64,000 bases of DNA, taken from IMG/VR virus record IMGVR_UViG_3300042892_002114, positions 27,315 through 91,314 of that record; one strand, 5' to 3'. The DNA is from a virus. The translations under genes were made by a program, and so were the position numbers. Below are positions 50,652 through 59,601 of the stretch, one piece after another (position 1 is the stretch's first letter; every line of letters begins with the position of its first letter). The notes beneath the pieces are model-generated. The model ran no database searches, was not told the origin of the DNA, and was given only the letters and a program-made list of their open reading frames with translations.

Positions 50652-50840
50652 TTAGTCGTTATACTGAGAATAGGCATAACTGTCGAGCATAGACAGTTCG
50701 TCTGTAATATCATGAATTGTGGGCTCAATCATGGCTGGTAGCCCAACCATCTTAACAGGTTGTTCAGTGTCCACAGAAACATTGTTTTTGGGACGACCAA
50801 CGCCGCGAGTTTGTTTAGTTGTATTGGATGTTTTATTCAT
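50652..50840 (-). CDS. Hypothetical protein (AT-hook-like GRPK), predicted leaderless
   Basis: Start MNKTS at 50840, preceded by TTGACT-N17-CAGTAT-N7 (50841-50876). Confidence 0.6.
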   Translation of the reverse strand: MNKTSNTTKQTRGVGRPKNNVSVDTEQPVKMVGLPAMIEPTIHDITDELSMLDSYAYSQYND

Positions 50841-51058
50841 CTTGTATATACTGGCTGCACATTTAATAAAAGTCAACCACTTTTTTCGTAAATATACTAT
50901 TTATAATAACCCCTCATGAAAAATAGCATATACACATTTTTTGATAGAATGAGGCACGCTGGTATGCATTGTTTGTGCATAATAAAATGTATAAGATTGA
51001 GAAGAAATCCTGTGTTTTATATCAAAGGATTGTGTCGTACATTATTTACTATAAAGTA

Positions 51059-52456
51059 TTAACAAGCGCGAGATGACGTGGCGGCGGTTCCTGTATACTG
51101 GGTTGTTATCGCAACTCCGCATGCAACAGAATACACTTTTCCATTTGGAGTTCCGGACGTGCTACTTGCGTTTCTGGTTACACCATATGGGTCGGTATAA
51201 TCAAAATTGTAATTACCCTGCTGATTACAAGTTGCATCAATCTGACGCGAATCCAATCTTGGGTCCGATGTTGATGAACACGCGGAAGTTCTCAAATTTG
51301 TTCCATACACAAGACGAAGTGAATTTTGAACAATACAAACTCCGTTAACAGCGGTGGTGTATGGAGTTCCAGTTGAAGAAACAATCGTCGGTCCTCCTCC
51401 GGAATTCTCCCACGATGCAGATACTCGACCAACCGAATCATAGTCCATCCATATTCGTTGACTTGGAACCGGAGTGGCCGTTGGCGTCGGTGTAGGCGTT
51501 GCTGTTGGTGTCGGCGTAGGAGTTGCCGTTGGTGTGGGAGTCGGCGTTGGGGTTGGTCCGGTTGGTGTTGGCGTTGGTGTTGGCGTTGGACCGGTTGCTG
51601 TTGGAGTTGGTGTCGGCGTTGCTGTTGGCGTTGGTGTTGGTGTCGGAGTGGACGTTGGCGTTGCTGTTGGCGTCGGAGTTGGTGCGGCAACACAATCAAC
51701 AACATTTTCTGGATCAAATGAAAATACATCATTATAACTCACAACTTCCAACAAATCAACACATGGAAATGCTCCAGACCCCGTTAAAGATTGAGTTGTA
51801 ACTCCGTTGATAATTTCACTGATATTATCAGATCCACCCGTACTAAGATTTCTGGTGTGATATTGATAATACCCGGATGCATTAAAAACTTTTAAATTTG
51901 TTGAGTATGAACCAGAACGGTATGAAAATAATTGTGCTTTTTTCAAACCATTTCCAGTTACTTTTGTCACTCTCATACGCACAGTATCCGGTATATTAGT
52001 TGTACGCATATATGAAAGAATATATGTTCCGGATTGGAAGTTTGATGTGATATTATAAGATTGTCCAGTTGTCAATGTTGCTGCTACTACATTTCCATTA
52101 AAAACCACAGGATCGAGTGTTGTTGCAGCACGATCCCAATCAAGTGTATATGCTGTTTGTGATTGCGAGTCTATTCGCCAAACCAACTTTACTTCATTAC
52201 CATAGCATTTTGTTGAACCAGTGATTTGTATTTCATTGCAAGAAAACGATGCGGACATGTTTGCATCAACTGTTGGTGTTGGTGTTGGCGTTGGTGTTGG
52301 TGTTACATCTGAAACATACGGATCTCCCCAGCCAATATTGCGAGAATCAAATTCTTGTTTTAGATAAGCAAGTCCTTCGTCGGTGCCAATAATTTCTCCA
52401 AGTTTTCCAAATACGCTTCCCGATGGTGTCCCGTGTGATGCAATTGTGTTAGACAT
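51059..52456 (-). CDS. Putative virion fibre protein with PT linkers
   Basis: Start MSNTIASHG at 52456 overlaps the upstream stop; N-terminal module shared with 52449-53438; long (PT)n tract. Confidence 0.7.
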   Translation of the reverse strand: MSNTIASHGTPSGSVFGKLGEIIGTDEGLAYLKQEFDSRNIGWGDPYVSDVTPTPTPTPTPTVDANMSASFSCNEIQITGSTKCYGNEVKLVWRIDSQSQTAYTLDWDRAATTLDPVVFNGNVVAATLTTGQSYNITSNFQSGTYILSYMRTTNIPDTVRMRVTKVTGNGLKKAQLFSYRSGSYSTNLKVFNASGYYQYHTRNLSTGGSDNISEIINGVTTQSLTGSGAFPCVDLLEVVSYNDVFSFDPENVVDCVAAPTPTPTATPTSTPTPTPTPTATPTPTPTATGPTPTPTPTPTGPTPTPTPTPTATPTPTPTATPTPTPTATPVPSQRIWMDYDSVGRVSASWENSGGGPTIVSSTGTPYTTAVNGVCIVQNSLRLVYGTNLRTSACSSTSDPRLDSRQIDATCNQQGNYNFDYTDPYGVTRNASSTSGTPNGKVYSVACGVAITTQYTGTAATSSRAC

Positions 52457-53438
52457 AAATTGTGATATAACCATTGCCGGTTGCCAAACTTTCTTGGTTT
52501 CCTGTCTCATATACCCCACCGCCGCTGCTTCCGCCTCGTATGAAGGAAATTCCCACGTCACCACCTCCCGCACCACCACCACCTTGGCCGGGACCATATG
52601 TGTTGGTATTATGATTCTGAGGACCGGAAGGACCATCTATTGCAATAAACAATATATCTTGCCACTCACCGTATGACGGCCCGACTGGACCGGCGTTACT
52701 AGAGCCACCACCTCCACCGCCACCACCCACACCGATTTGTAATTCATCAGACCCATTTAAAATCACCGAAGCTCCACCTCCACCACCCCCGCCAGTTGAA
52801 AATGCCTCTCCCATAGCAGCAACTCCACCACGCCCACCGCTGTAATACCCAGCACCGGGCTCTCCGCCCTCCCATGCAAAATACCCAACACTACCACCCA
52901 CGTTTCCTGGAATTAATTTATATGTTCCATCCAAACCGAAACCTCCTGAGAATCGCGACCCTTTTCCTCCAACTCCACCGGAATATGTCGAATCTCCACC
53001 AGCGCCCCCCGCAGCGCCGTTGATATCAATATACACGTTAAACGCACCCACCGCCGGAGAAATTGTCCACGTGTTATAACCAGATACAGTCAAAGGTCCA
53101 TCCACATCCAAGTTCCATGTTGTTTTTGATCCTATTGCGGGTGATATATTCAACACTCTTTGTCCTGATGTCGGAGTAGGGGTTGGTGTCGGACCTCCTC
53201 CAGTTGGAGTTGGTGTCGGCGTAGCCGTTGGTGTCGGCGTAGCCGTTGGAGTTGGTGTTGATGTCGGAGTTGGCGTAGGCGTCGGAGTTGGTGCAACATT
53301 ATACGCTCTCCATCCAATATTTGAAGAATCGCCAGATATTTTCACATATTTTAATCCATCGTTCATTTCTATCAATGATCCTATGGTGCCAAAAACTTGA
53401 CCATTTGGATTTCCATGCAGTGGTATTGTTCTTACCAT
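52449..53438 (-). CDS. Putative virion fibre protein: N-terminal module, PT linker, glycine-rich domain
   Basis: [24 protein letters not shown] polyglycine domain. Confidence 0.7.
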   Translation of the reverse strand: MVRTIPLHGNPNGQVFGTIGSLIEMNDGLKYVKISGDSSNIGWRAYNVAPTPTPTPTPTSTPTPTATPTPTATPTPTPTGGGPTPTPTPTSGQRVLNISPAIGSKTTWNLDVDGPLTVSGYNTWTISPAVGAFNVYIDINGAAGGAGGDSTYSGGVGGKGSRFSGGFGLDGTYKLIPGNVGGSVGYFAWEGGEPGAGYYSGGRGGVAAMGEAFSTGGGGGGGASVILNGSDELQIGVGGGGGGGGSSNAGPVGPSYGEWQDILFIAIDGPSGPQNHNTNTYGPGQGGGGAGGGDVGISFIRGGSSGGGVYETGNQESLATGNGYITIYV

Positions 53439-53441
53439 AAA

Positions 53442-55181
53442 TTATATATCTCCTTCATTCACATTCATTATGTTATTAAACTCTGCCACAGTTATGCCAA
53501 GTGCATCTGCGATTTCAATTGCTTTTATATTTTTGTATCCCATTGCCAACAATGCTTCACGCTTTTTTGCTGGTGGCAACAAATGAATCTTTTTATTCAA
53601 TTTTTCAATTTCTTCTGGTGGCAATGATTTGATTTTTTTCACATCACCAAACAGTGTAGAAATAAAATCTTTTTGATTTGCATCTGGCTTGCCGGTGTTG
53701 GCATCAACATTACTTGCTTTGGTGAGTGGAGTTGTTGATCCATTGCCGTAACTTCTTTCCAACCAATCAACTTCATAATCATTCAAGTCGCCAGTTTCTT
53801 TATGCATGTTTTTGAAAAAGTTTTTTACCCAATTCCAATTTTTCACAACTTTTTGTGTATTATTCCAAAAACTCATCAGTTTCTTTCTATACCACAAACG
53901 ACCAAAAATTGTTCCTTGTATGTTTCTGAAATTAATACCTTGGTTTCCGGTTCTGCCGCCGTTTTTTAAATATTCATGAAATGCACTTGGTTGCGTCAAC
54001 AGTTCTCTTAACGCAACTATATTGTCGGTATTTATGCCATTCTTTTCAAGTCTTCTTTGCAAACTTGCGTCGTTGGCATCTGGGCGGTCCAGTAAATATA
54101 TATACAAAGTTTCCATTGTATCCATGATGTCAGCGTGTATTCCACCCACATTGACTATGCTGCATTTTTGTGTGATAATAAAAGCAACAGCATCTGCATC
54201 TGTCCATTCAGAAATTTCTTTTCCCGACAAACCAACCACAGCGTCAGGATCTTCATTTATCAAATCTTTTAGTTTGATATGACCTTCCAGTGCTGGTACA
54301 GCAGCATCTGCTCTAGCAGCATAATCAAACCCTTTGGCAGCTTTTTTCAAGTGATCTGCTTTATATGTTGATCCAGCTAATTTTTTCTTTGCTTTTGAAT
54401 CCAGATGTTGAACCGCCAATAGTTTTTTTATTTCTTCTGGACTCAATTTTTCTTTGTTTGAATTGCCCACAAGTTCTGAATATGCAAACAAACCTCGCGT
54501 GTCCACAAATTCATAAGCAAACTTTGTTTTATCAAGTTTCATTGCACTCATCAACTTTTCAACAAGTTGGAAATTTTCATTTACAATTTCATCCTTGCTG
54601 TTCCAAAAACTGATTGCATTTTTCTTGATCCAAATTCTACCAGCCGGAACAGTGGCTGAATCGTCCGCGTTTCCTCGAATATTCAATTGACGAAAACGCA
54701 GTCTATTGTTGTGTAAATAATTTCTGATTGTTTCAACATCATCACCTTGTTGCTGCAAACCAACAAAACCCACAGTTGCTGCATCATCACCATCATCTTC
54801 TTTTTCTGCGTATGAATATGCAGATATATTACCAAACACATCACGCTTGATTTTATACATGTTTTTGAACGTGGCGGCATATAAGGTGGCTTTATGTGAA
54901 GCTGTTTGCAACATTTCTTCCATGCTGCCATGGGTGTTTTTTTCAGAATACATTATTACACCAGTTTCAACATCAAAGAAAAAAGCATAAGCATCATTAG
55001 ATAAATATTTGAATGTTGCACCAGTTTTTGGCACAGCTGCACCAAGACTGTTTAGTCTTTCTGCATCAGATTTTTTTGTTTTATCATTTGAATTTCCCGA
55101 CAAATCAATTCTGTCAGGAGATTCATCCAATATACTTTCCAACAAAAATTCTATATCAAATGGCAATCTGGGCTTGTTCAT
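53442..55181 (-). CDS. Hypothetical protein made of two tandem homologous domains
   Basis: Duplicated motifs ESPD/EDPD, DAYAF/DAVAF, GRIW..ISFWN/GRLW..MSFWN. Confidence 0.7.
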   Translation of the reverse strand: MNKPRLPFDIEFLLESILDESPDRIDLSGNSNDKTKKSDAERLNSLGAAVPKTGATFKYLSNDAYAFFFDVETGVIMYSEKNTHGSMEEMLQTASHKATLYAATFKNMYKIKRDVFGNISAYSYAEKEDDGDDAATVGFVGLQQQGDDVETIRNYLHNNRLRFRQLNIRGNADDSATVPAGRIWIKKNAISFWNSKDEIVNENFQLVEKLMSAMKLDKTKFAYEFVDTRGLFAYSELVGNSNKEKLSPEEIKKLLAVQHLDSKAKKKLAGSTYKADHLKKAAKGFDYAARADAAVPALEGHIKLKDLINEDPDAVVGLSGKEISEWTDADAVAFIITQKCSIVNVGGIHADIMDTMETLYIYLLDRPDANDASLQRRLEKNGINTDNIVALRELLTQPSAFHEYLKNGGRTGNQGINFRNIQGTIFGRLWYRKKLMSFWNNTQKVVKNWNWVKNFFKNMHKETGDLNDYEVDWLERSYGNGSTTPLTKASNVDANTGKPDANQKDFISTLFGDVKKIKSLPPEEIEKLNKKIHLLPPAKKREALLAMGYKNIKAIEIADALGITVAEFNNIMNVNEGDI

Positions 55182-55217
55182 ATATTTTATAAATATAAAT
55201 ATACGAAACTACTGACA

Positions 55218-55412
55218 TTATAGCGGTTTTGGTGGTGTTACTCTACCCAGTGGCTTGGTCAAAACTGTTTCATAACCCATACGAGCATTGGTCTTGTCAA
55301 CAATACCCTGTTTCACAATCTCAGCAGCAGCTGCATTATAGTTTGGTGCAGAAGTGACATCTTTGGTCATGTCTTTTACAATTTTTCCAATTTCGGAGAT
55401 ATTTGGTTTCAT
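55218..55412 (-). CDS. Hypothetical protein (64 aa)
   Basis: Start MKPNISEIG at 55412 with ATACTTAT at 55421-55428. Confidence 0.6.
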   Translation of the reverse strand: MKPNISEIGKIVKDMTKDVTSAPNYNAAAAEIVKQGIVDKTNARMGYETVLTKPLGRVTPPKPL

Positions 55413-55500
55413 ATATATCAATAAGTATATGCTCAAGACATTTATGTTGATATATACAAAAACTATATAACAAAAAATCAATCTTGACTTATTATGAAAC

Positions 55501-55875
55501 ATGTTCATGATATATGCCACAACTAAAAAAGATATGCTATTTAATTTAGAAACAATCAAACGTAGACTTGATATGCTAAAATTGCCGCCAACGACAGGGC
55601 AAATTATATTAAACAAGTGGCATGCTAGAAAATTTAAAAAGAAATTCAAAATTTCATATCAAGCGTGGATAAATGATGACGCAAGTATTATATCCGAGGA
55701 TGAAGTAGTCGAATGGGAAGCATCCTTTGGATGGAACGATGAATGTTTCGAAGAACTATTTTGTCATATAAAATATGCTAAATGGCGGGGAAATAGATGG
55801 AAATTTACATATAGACCAGAAACCAAAGAATTTCGAAAAGAAATGTTCCAGCGTTGGAGAAATGCCACATATTAA
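55501..55875 (+). CDS. Hypothetical protein (Trp-rich); start uncertain
   Basis: One of only two credible plus-strand ORFs; TTGACT box upstream at ~55484. Confidence 0.55.
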   Translation: MFMIYATTKKDMLFNLETIKRRLDMLKLPPTTGQIILNKWHARKFKKKFKISYQAWINDDASIISEDEVVEWEASFGWNDECFEELFCHIKYAKWRGNRWKFTYRPETKEFRKEMFQRWRNATY

Positions 55876-55890
55876 AATACACAATATATT

Positions 55891-56187
55891 ATGCCAATAA
55901 ACATGGATATAATCGAAAATAGGCTATATCAGCTTAGATATGAAGAGTATATGTCAAAGCCTAAAAAGAAAACCAAACCTGAAGTATATACTCAATCTCG
56001 GATACAAGAAGAAATATTCTTTAATGACGCATTGTATTTTGATATACACAGAGAACACTCACACGAGTTTTCTGATCTTATGAGAAATGGTTGGCCAGAA
56101 AATCTGTCAAAGGAAAATTTAAAATTACAAAAAATCTATATAAGAAGAAGAGTATATGATATGGGTAGATATGTTATCAAGAACTAA
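55891..56187 (+). CDS. Hypothetical protein
   Basis: 98-aa plus-strand ORF directly after 55501-55875. Confidence 0.55.
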   Translation: MPINMDIIENRLYQLRYEEYMSKPKKKTKPEVYTQSRIQEEIFFNDALYFDIHREHSHEFSDLMRNGWPENLSKENLKLQKIYIRRRVYDMGRYVIKN

Positions 56188-56388
56188 CATATAGAATATC
56201 ATATATACAAAAATCCTATAAACAAAAATTAGAAAAATTCTAAATTCAAAAAATAGGGTATAATATCATAAAAGTGTGTATAGGATATATGAAATTTTAA
56301 CTATATGAAAAATACATGCACAACATATGCTTTTCGTATATACGAAAAGTGTATAAGAAAAATTGACCTCGAATAGAGAATGAATATG

Positions 56389-56522
56389 GACCCCCGTGGG
56401 GGGTGGGGGTTTACCCCACCTAGAAGGCACCAAACACCCCACCTAGAGGGGGGAGGGGTGGGGGGTTAAAGCCACCGTCCCCCCATCCCCCCGTGCGGGG
56501 GTGGCGTGATCCACGCCACCCT
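56389..56522. other. G/C homopolymer island with hairpins and a direct repeat
   Basis: Runs of G4-G6 and C4-C6; ACCCCACCTAGA twice (56413-56424, 56436-56447); perfect hairpin GGTGGCGTG-atc-CACGCCACC (56500-56520). Confidence 0.75.
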
Positions 56523-56526
56523 CTCG

Positions 56527-56799
56527 TCAGACCGTCGGCTCTTGCCAGTAAACCTTGCTGAAGGTCGTGCCCCAAGTGTCGGGACGAACGGCGATGGCCT
56601 TGAAGACCAAGGAGTTGTCGTGGCTCGGGTCAAAGACCTGATAGCCATATACCGGCCCCTTGTTCATGTCGCTGTCGCGCAGTATGTTGACGGCATAGCC
56701 CACCCGCTTGGCCTCCTTGACCAGATTCTTGATGAAGCTGGTGGAGCAGACGCGGGTGAAGGTTGACCGAACAGGAGCAGTGTTGATGGTGGAGTTCAT
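56527..56799 (-). CDS. Hypothetical cassette protein (GC-rich codons)
   Basis: 90 aa; ATG sits in a repeat copy. Confidence 0.75.
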   Translation of the reverse strand: MNSTINTAPVRSTFTRVCSTSFIKNLVKEAKRVGYAVNILRDSDMNKGPVYGYQVFDPSHDNSLVFKAIAVRPDTWGTTFSKVYWQEPTV

Positions 56800-56845
56800 G
56801 TTCTAAACAATGACGATTATTTATAAAAAGTAAAGCACAAAGCAC

Positions 56846-56870
56846 AAAAAAGGGGCTTTTTATTGCCCCC
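56846..56870 (-). terminator. Rho-independent terminator
   Basis: GGGGC/GCCCC stem followed by a T6 run on the minus strand. Confidence 0.6.
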
Positions 56871-56878
56871 TGTTTTAT

Positions 56879-57202
56879 TTAAATGATGCCCGCAACAAGC
56901 ATCCAACTTGGACTACCTTCGCTGTCATAGCCGTCTGGCTCAACTACCTGACCAAGCATTGACTTGGCAACACCATCGTCGCTCCACTTTTCCATGGTCT
57001 TGAGCGAAGGAGCCTTGAACTTAGTGAAGTAGCGTGGCAGACTAGAGCAACGCAGCTTCACTGTCACAGGAACGCCGCCAGCACTGCCACCAGCCAGTGC
57101 GCAAACAGTGCCACCATCCTTGAAGATTACATTTAATTTTGTGCCAACAGGAATAACCAGACCGTTCTTGAACTTGATTTCTTTGTTATTAACGAGGTTC
57201 AT
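56879..57202 (-). CDS. Hypothetical cassette protein
   Basis: 107 aa; C-terminal VEPDG..G.PSW motif; ATG in repeat. Confidence 0.75.
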   Translation of the reverse strand: MNLVNNKEIKFKNGLVIPVGTKLNVIFKDGGTVCALAGGSAGGVPVTVKLRCSSLPRYFTKFKAPSLKTMEKWSDDGVAKSMLGQVVEPDGYDSEGSPSWMLVAGII

Positions 57203-57233
57203 GTTATAGATAGTGTCTTACTTTTTATAAATG

Positions 57234-57500
57234 TCAACCAATTATTTTATCCAACGCGCTGATTGCAAGCAAATGACTTTCTTTACATTGCTTTGCACGC
57301 AGTTGCAAGTGCTCAACACTAACATTCTTATAAAAATTATCTATAATATATTTGTTTTTGTCGCTCACATCTCCGTTGCTAATGTCATGAATGCATTCAG
57401 CACGACTATATTCATAACTGTCATAATCCAAAGTGTCCATTTCCGAAAGTAAAATGTCTTGCAAAGCCCAAGGCAAATCAAAGAATGATGTTGGTTTCAT
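57234..57500 (-). CDS. Hypothetical cassette protein
   Basis: 88 aa; ATG in repeat; TGA stop lies inside the next TTGACA. Confidence 0.7.
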   Translation of the reverse strand: MKPTSFFDLPWALQDILLSEMDTLDYDSYEYSRAECIHDISNGDVSDKNKYIIDNFYKNVSVEHLQLRAKQCKESHLLAISALDKIIG

Positions 57501-57532
57501 GTTCTAAACTATGAGTTAGATTTTATAAAATG

Positions 57533-57739
57533 TCAAGGATTTTTATGGTCGCCAACCCAGATTCCAATGGGCGACTTGGAACGATCATATGCGCCATTCG
57601 CGCCGATAGGATAAATAAGATCAAGCGCATTTATGCCAGAAAATCGACCAGTTACACCGTTCATAACATCACAGCTAATGTCTCCACCGTGAACTTTCTT
57701 GATGTCGTTGAGTTGCTTGATAAGGTCTTTAAGTTTCAT
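57533..57739 (-). CDS. Hypothetical cassette protein
   Basis: Start MKLKDLIKQL defined by the repeat; TGA stop inside the next TTGACA. Confidence 0.7.
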   Translation of the reverse strand: MKLKDLIKQLNDIKKVHGGDISCDVMNGVTGRFSGINALDLIYPIGANGAYDRSKSPIGIWVGDHKNP

Positions 57740-57786
57740 GTTATAAATACTGACAGAGTTTTTATAAATGTCAAACCAAATTTCAA

Positions 57787-57993
57787 TCAATCCATACGCT
57801 TAACAATTACTTTAGTTTGTTTCATTATGGATGAAAAAACGACCTGACTCAGTCTTTCGTTCCTCTGAATTTCGCCCAGTGTATTTGGGTTAACAACTCG
57901 TTGTGCTCCCTCTTGGCTAATACCATAACCGTTTGCGGCATAAAATGAACCAAGCAAAATATAGTTTAGAGAATAGACGTAAATTAAGTTCAT
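57787..57993 (-). CDS. Hypothetical cassette protein
   Basis: Start MNLIYVY preceded by a half repeat (TAGTATTTATAAC). Confidence 0.6.
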   Translation of the reverse strand: MNLIYVYSLNYILLGSFYAANGYGISQEGAQRVVNPNTLGEIQRNERLSQVVFSSIMKQTKVIVKRMD

Positions 57994-58003
57994 GTTATAA
58001 ATA

Positions 58004-58159
58004 CTAAAATAGGGTGCTGCCAATGTATGAGAGAATCAATCCAATAGAGCACAACAGTAATGCCAATTTACGGTATTTACCTTGCCCAATAGAATGGTTG
58101 TAAATAAAAAAGCCAGCGATAGAGAGCAAGCAGCCGAATAAGAGCAGGAATGATTTCAT
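58004..58159 (-). CDS. Small two-TM membrane cassette protein
   Basis: Start MKSFLLLFG defined by the repeat; two hydrophobic segments. Confidence 0.65.
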   Translation of the reverse strand: MKSFLLLFGCLLSIAGFFIYNHSIGQGKYRKLALLLCSIGLILSYIGSTLF

Positions 58160-58190
58160 GTTATAAATACTGACAGAGTTTTTATAAAAG

Positions 58191-58394
58191 TCAAGCCTTT
58201 GGAACAAGCACACCTTCTTTATTTCGTGAACGCTTTAAAGCATACCACGTCCAAGCGAATGGAAGAGCGAACGAAAGTAGAATTACAATTAACTTAAGAG
58301 TGATGGTTTCTTTCTTGAACGCTCTGATTGAGTAGTTTACATTCGATTTAAAATGCGCTTTGAAAGAGGTGTCTGTGGTTCGCGTGTAAATCAT
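58191..58394 (-). CDS. Small single-TM cassette protein
   Basis: 67 aa; ATG in repeat. Confidence 0.65.
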   Translation of the reverse strand: MIYTRTTDTSFKAHFKSNVNYSIRAFKKETITLKLIVILLSFALPFAWTWYALKRSRNKEGVLVPKA

Positions 58395-58425
58395 AAGAGA
58401 GATAATGACTTACTTTTTATAAATG

Positions 58426-58641
58426 TCAAGCAGCCTTTTCACCTTTGATAAACAGCAATTCTTTGACCTGCTTGATCTTGACAGTTTGACCCTCCTCGGC
58501 CAGAATTTTTGCTTCTTTCATAGCAGATTTGAGTGTTTTGAGTGTGGTGTCCAAGGTTTCATCGTCATATTCTCCCCAACCACTTGTGGCACCAATCGTG
58601 TAGAGTTCAAAGTATGTCTTGGTAAGTTTCTTGGATTTCAT
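58426..58641 (-). CDS. Hypothetical cassette protein
   Basis: 71 aa; ATG in repeat. Confidence 0.7.
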   Translation of the reverse strand: MKSKKLTKTYFELYTIGATSGWGEYDDETLDTTLKTLKSAMKEAKILAEEGQTVKIKQVKELLFIKGEKAA

Positions 58642-58673
58642 GTTATAAATACTGACTTACTTATTATAAAATG

Positions 58674-58892
58674 TCAAGCACTCAATGCAAAATTGCTGCC
58701 AAATTTTCCAGTAACATTGCTGCGTTCAAAAGCAACAATGTCATTGTTCACAGAAAAAACAATTGAACGTATGATACCATATTCATCAAATTGAATGTTC
58801 AACAGTTTATATGATGTATTGGGTGCTACAACAATCCAAGTGTTGTTGTAGGTTTTCAAATTGGCGACATTGTTGAAGATAACAAATTTCAT
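58674..58892 (-). CDS. Hypothetical cassette protein
   Basis: 72 aa; ATG in repeat. Confidence 0.65.
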   Translation of the reverse strand: MKFVIFNNVANLKTYNNTWIVVAPNTSYKLLNIQFDEYGIIRSIVFSVNNDIVAFERSNVTGKFGSNFALSA

Positions 58893-58931
58893 ACACTTAG
58901 ATTGATCTATTATTTATAATAAGTCAAGAAA

Positions 58932-59096
58932 TTACTTCTTTTGATTTTCTAGAATCTCCTTTAGTTCCTTGGCGAAATCAACGACCCAGTATTCATCCAA
59001 TCCAAGATCGCCCTTGGCCCAATGATCGCCGCCGAGACGCTTTGCGTGCTTAATGAAAAGCTTATCTACCAGTTCTTGAAAATCGTTGTCGTTCAT
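58932..59096 (-). CDS. Hypothetical cassette protein (54 aa, not in ORF track)
   Basis: MNDNDFQELVDKLFIKHAKRLGGDHWAKG...; ATG in a degenerate repeat (TGGACT-N16-CACTAT-N7). Confidence 0.65.
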   Translation of the reverse strand: MNDNDFQELVDKLFIKHAKRLGGDHWAKGDLGLDEYWVVDFAKELKEILENQKK

Positions 59097-59142
59097 AAAA
59101 GTAATAGTGAACTAAATTAAAAAAAAGTCCAGACAAAAGTAT

Positions 59143-59178
59143 AAAAAAAAGAGGGAGTCGCCACCACGCGACTCCCTC
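59143..59178 (-). terminator. Rho-independent terminator
   Basis: GAGGGAGTCGC/GCGACTCCCTC 11-bp stem plus T8. Confidence 0.85.
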
Positions 59179-59204
59179 AACTATGAACACTCTCAACCTA
59201 AATC

Positions 59205-59558
59205 TTAGTGGTGGTTATAACAAGAAATTGGCTTGCCACCCCACACATAAAAGTTGCTGTAGCTGTTGTTCTTGACGCGATAGCCGTCGCCATCAGCAGT
59301 AAACCGCTTGGTTTCAGTATCACCCTTGATGCGATCCGTAGCAGGCGTGCTGATCCATTCCATGCCACCGCCGCCACTGTATTTGTTGTCAGCAGGCAAG
59401 CGCACAATCTTGACGCTTTTGCCAGTTACGGCCACAACCTTGGCCCACGACGCAATGCTGGCTTCATAGCCACTGATGCTGACCAATATGTCGCCAACCT
59501 TGGGACCATTGACAACCGTGGGCTTGTTTACCAGATCAGGAGAAAAGATAGAGTTCAT
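59205..59558 (-). CDS. Hypothetical cassette protein
   Basis: 117 aa; KVGDIL...GYE motif; ATG in repeat. Confidence 0.75.
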   Translation of the reverse strand: MNSIFSPDLVNKPTVVNGPKVGDILVSISGYEASIASWAKVVAVTGKSVKIVRLPADNKYSGGGGMEWISTPATDRIKGDTETKRFTADGDGYRVKNNSYSNFYVWGGKPISCYNHH

Positions 59559-59601
59559 GTTGTAAACTATGACTGGTTTTTATAAAAAGTCGAGACAATA
59601 A

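Larger units (their letters stand above)
2974..55428 (-). promoter_or_regulatory. Dispersed ATA(T/C)TTAT motif, a putative late promoter (~15 copies)
   Basis: On the + strand ATAA(A/G)TA(T/G) at 2974, 12807, 16973, 18348, 19241, 22640, 24493, 30775, 33637, 36373, 40021, 48091, 49675, 55189, 55421; each 4-25 nt upstream of a minus-strand start codon. Confidence 0.65.

Noticed and set aside
52457-52636. N-terminal extension of the 51059-52636 ORF
   Set aside because: It overlaps the glycine-rich gene; homology with 52449-53438 places the start at 52456.
55413-55649. N-terminal extension of ORF 55218-55649
   Set aside because: It overlaps the plus-strand gene and intergenic DNA; the ATACTTAT motif supports a start at 55412.
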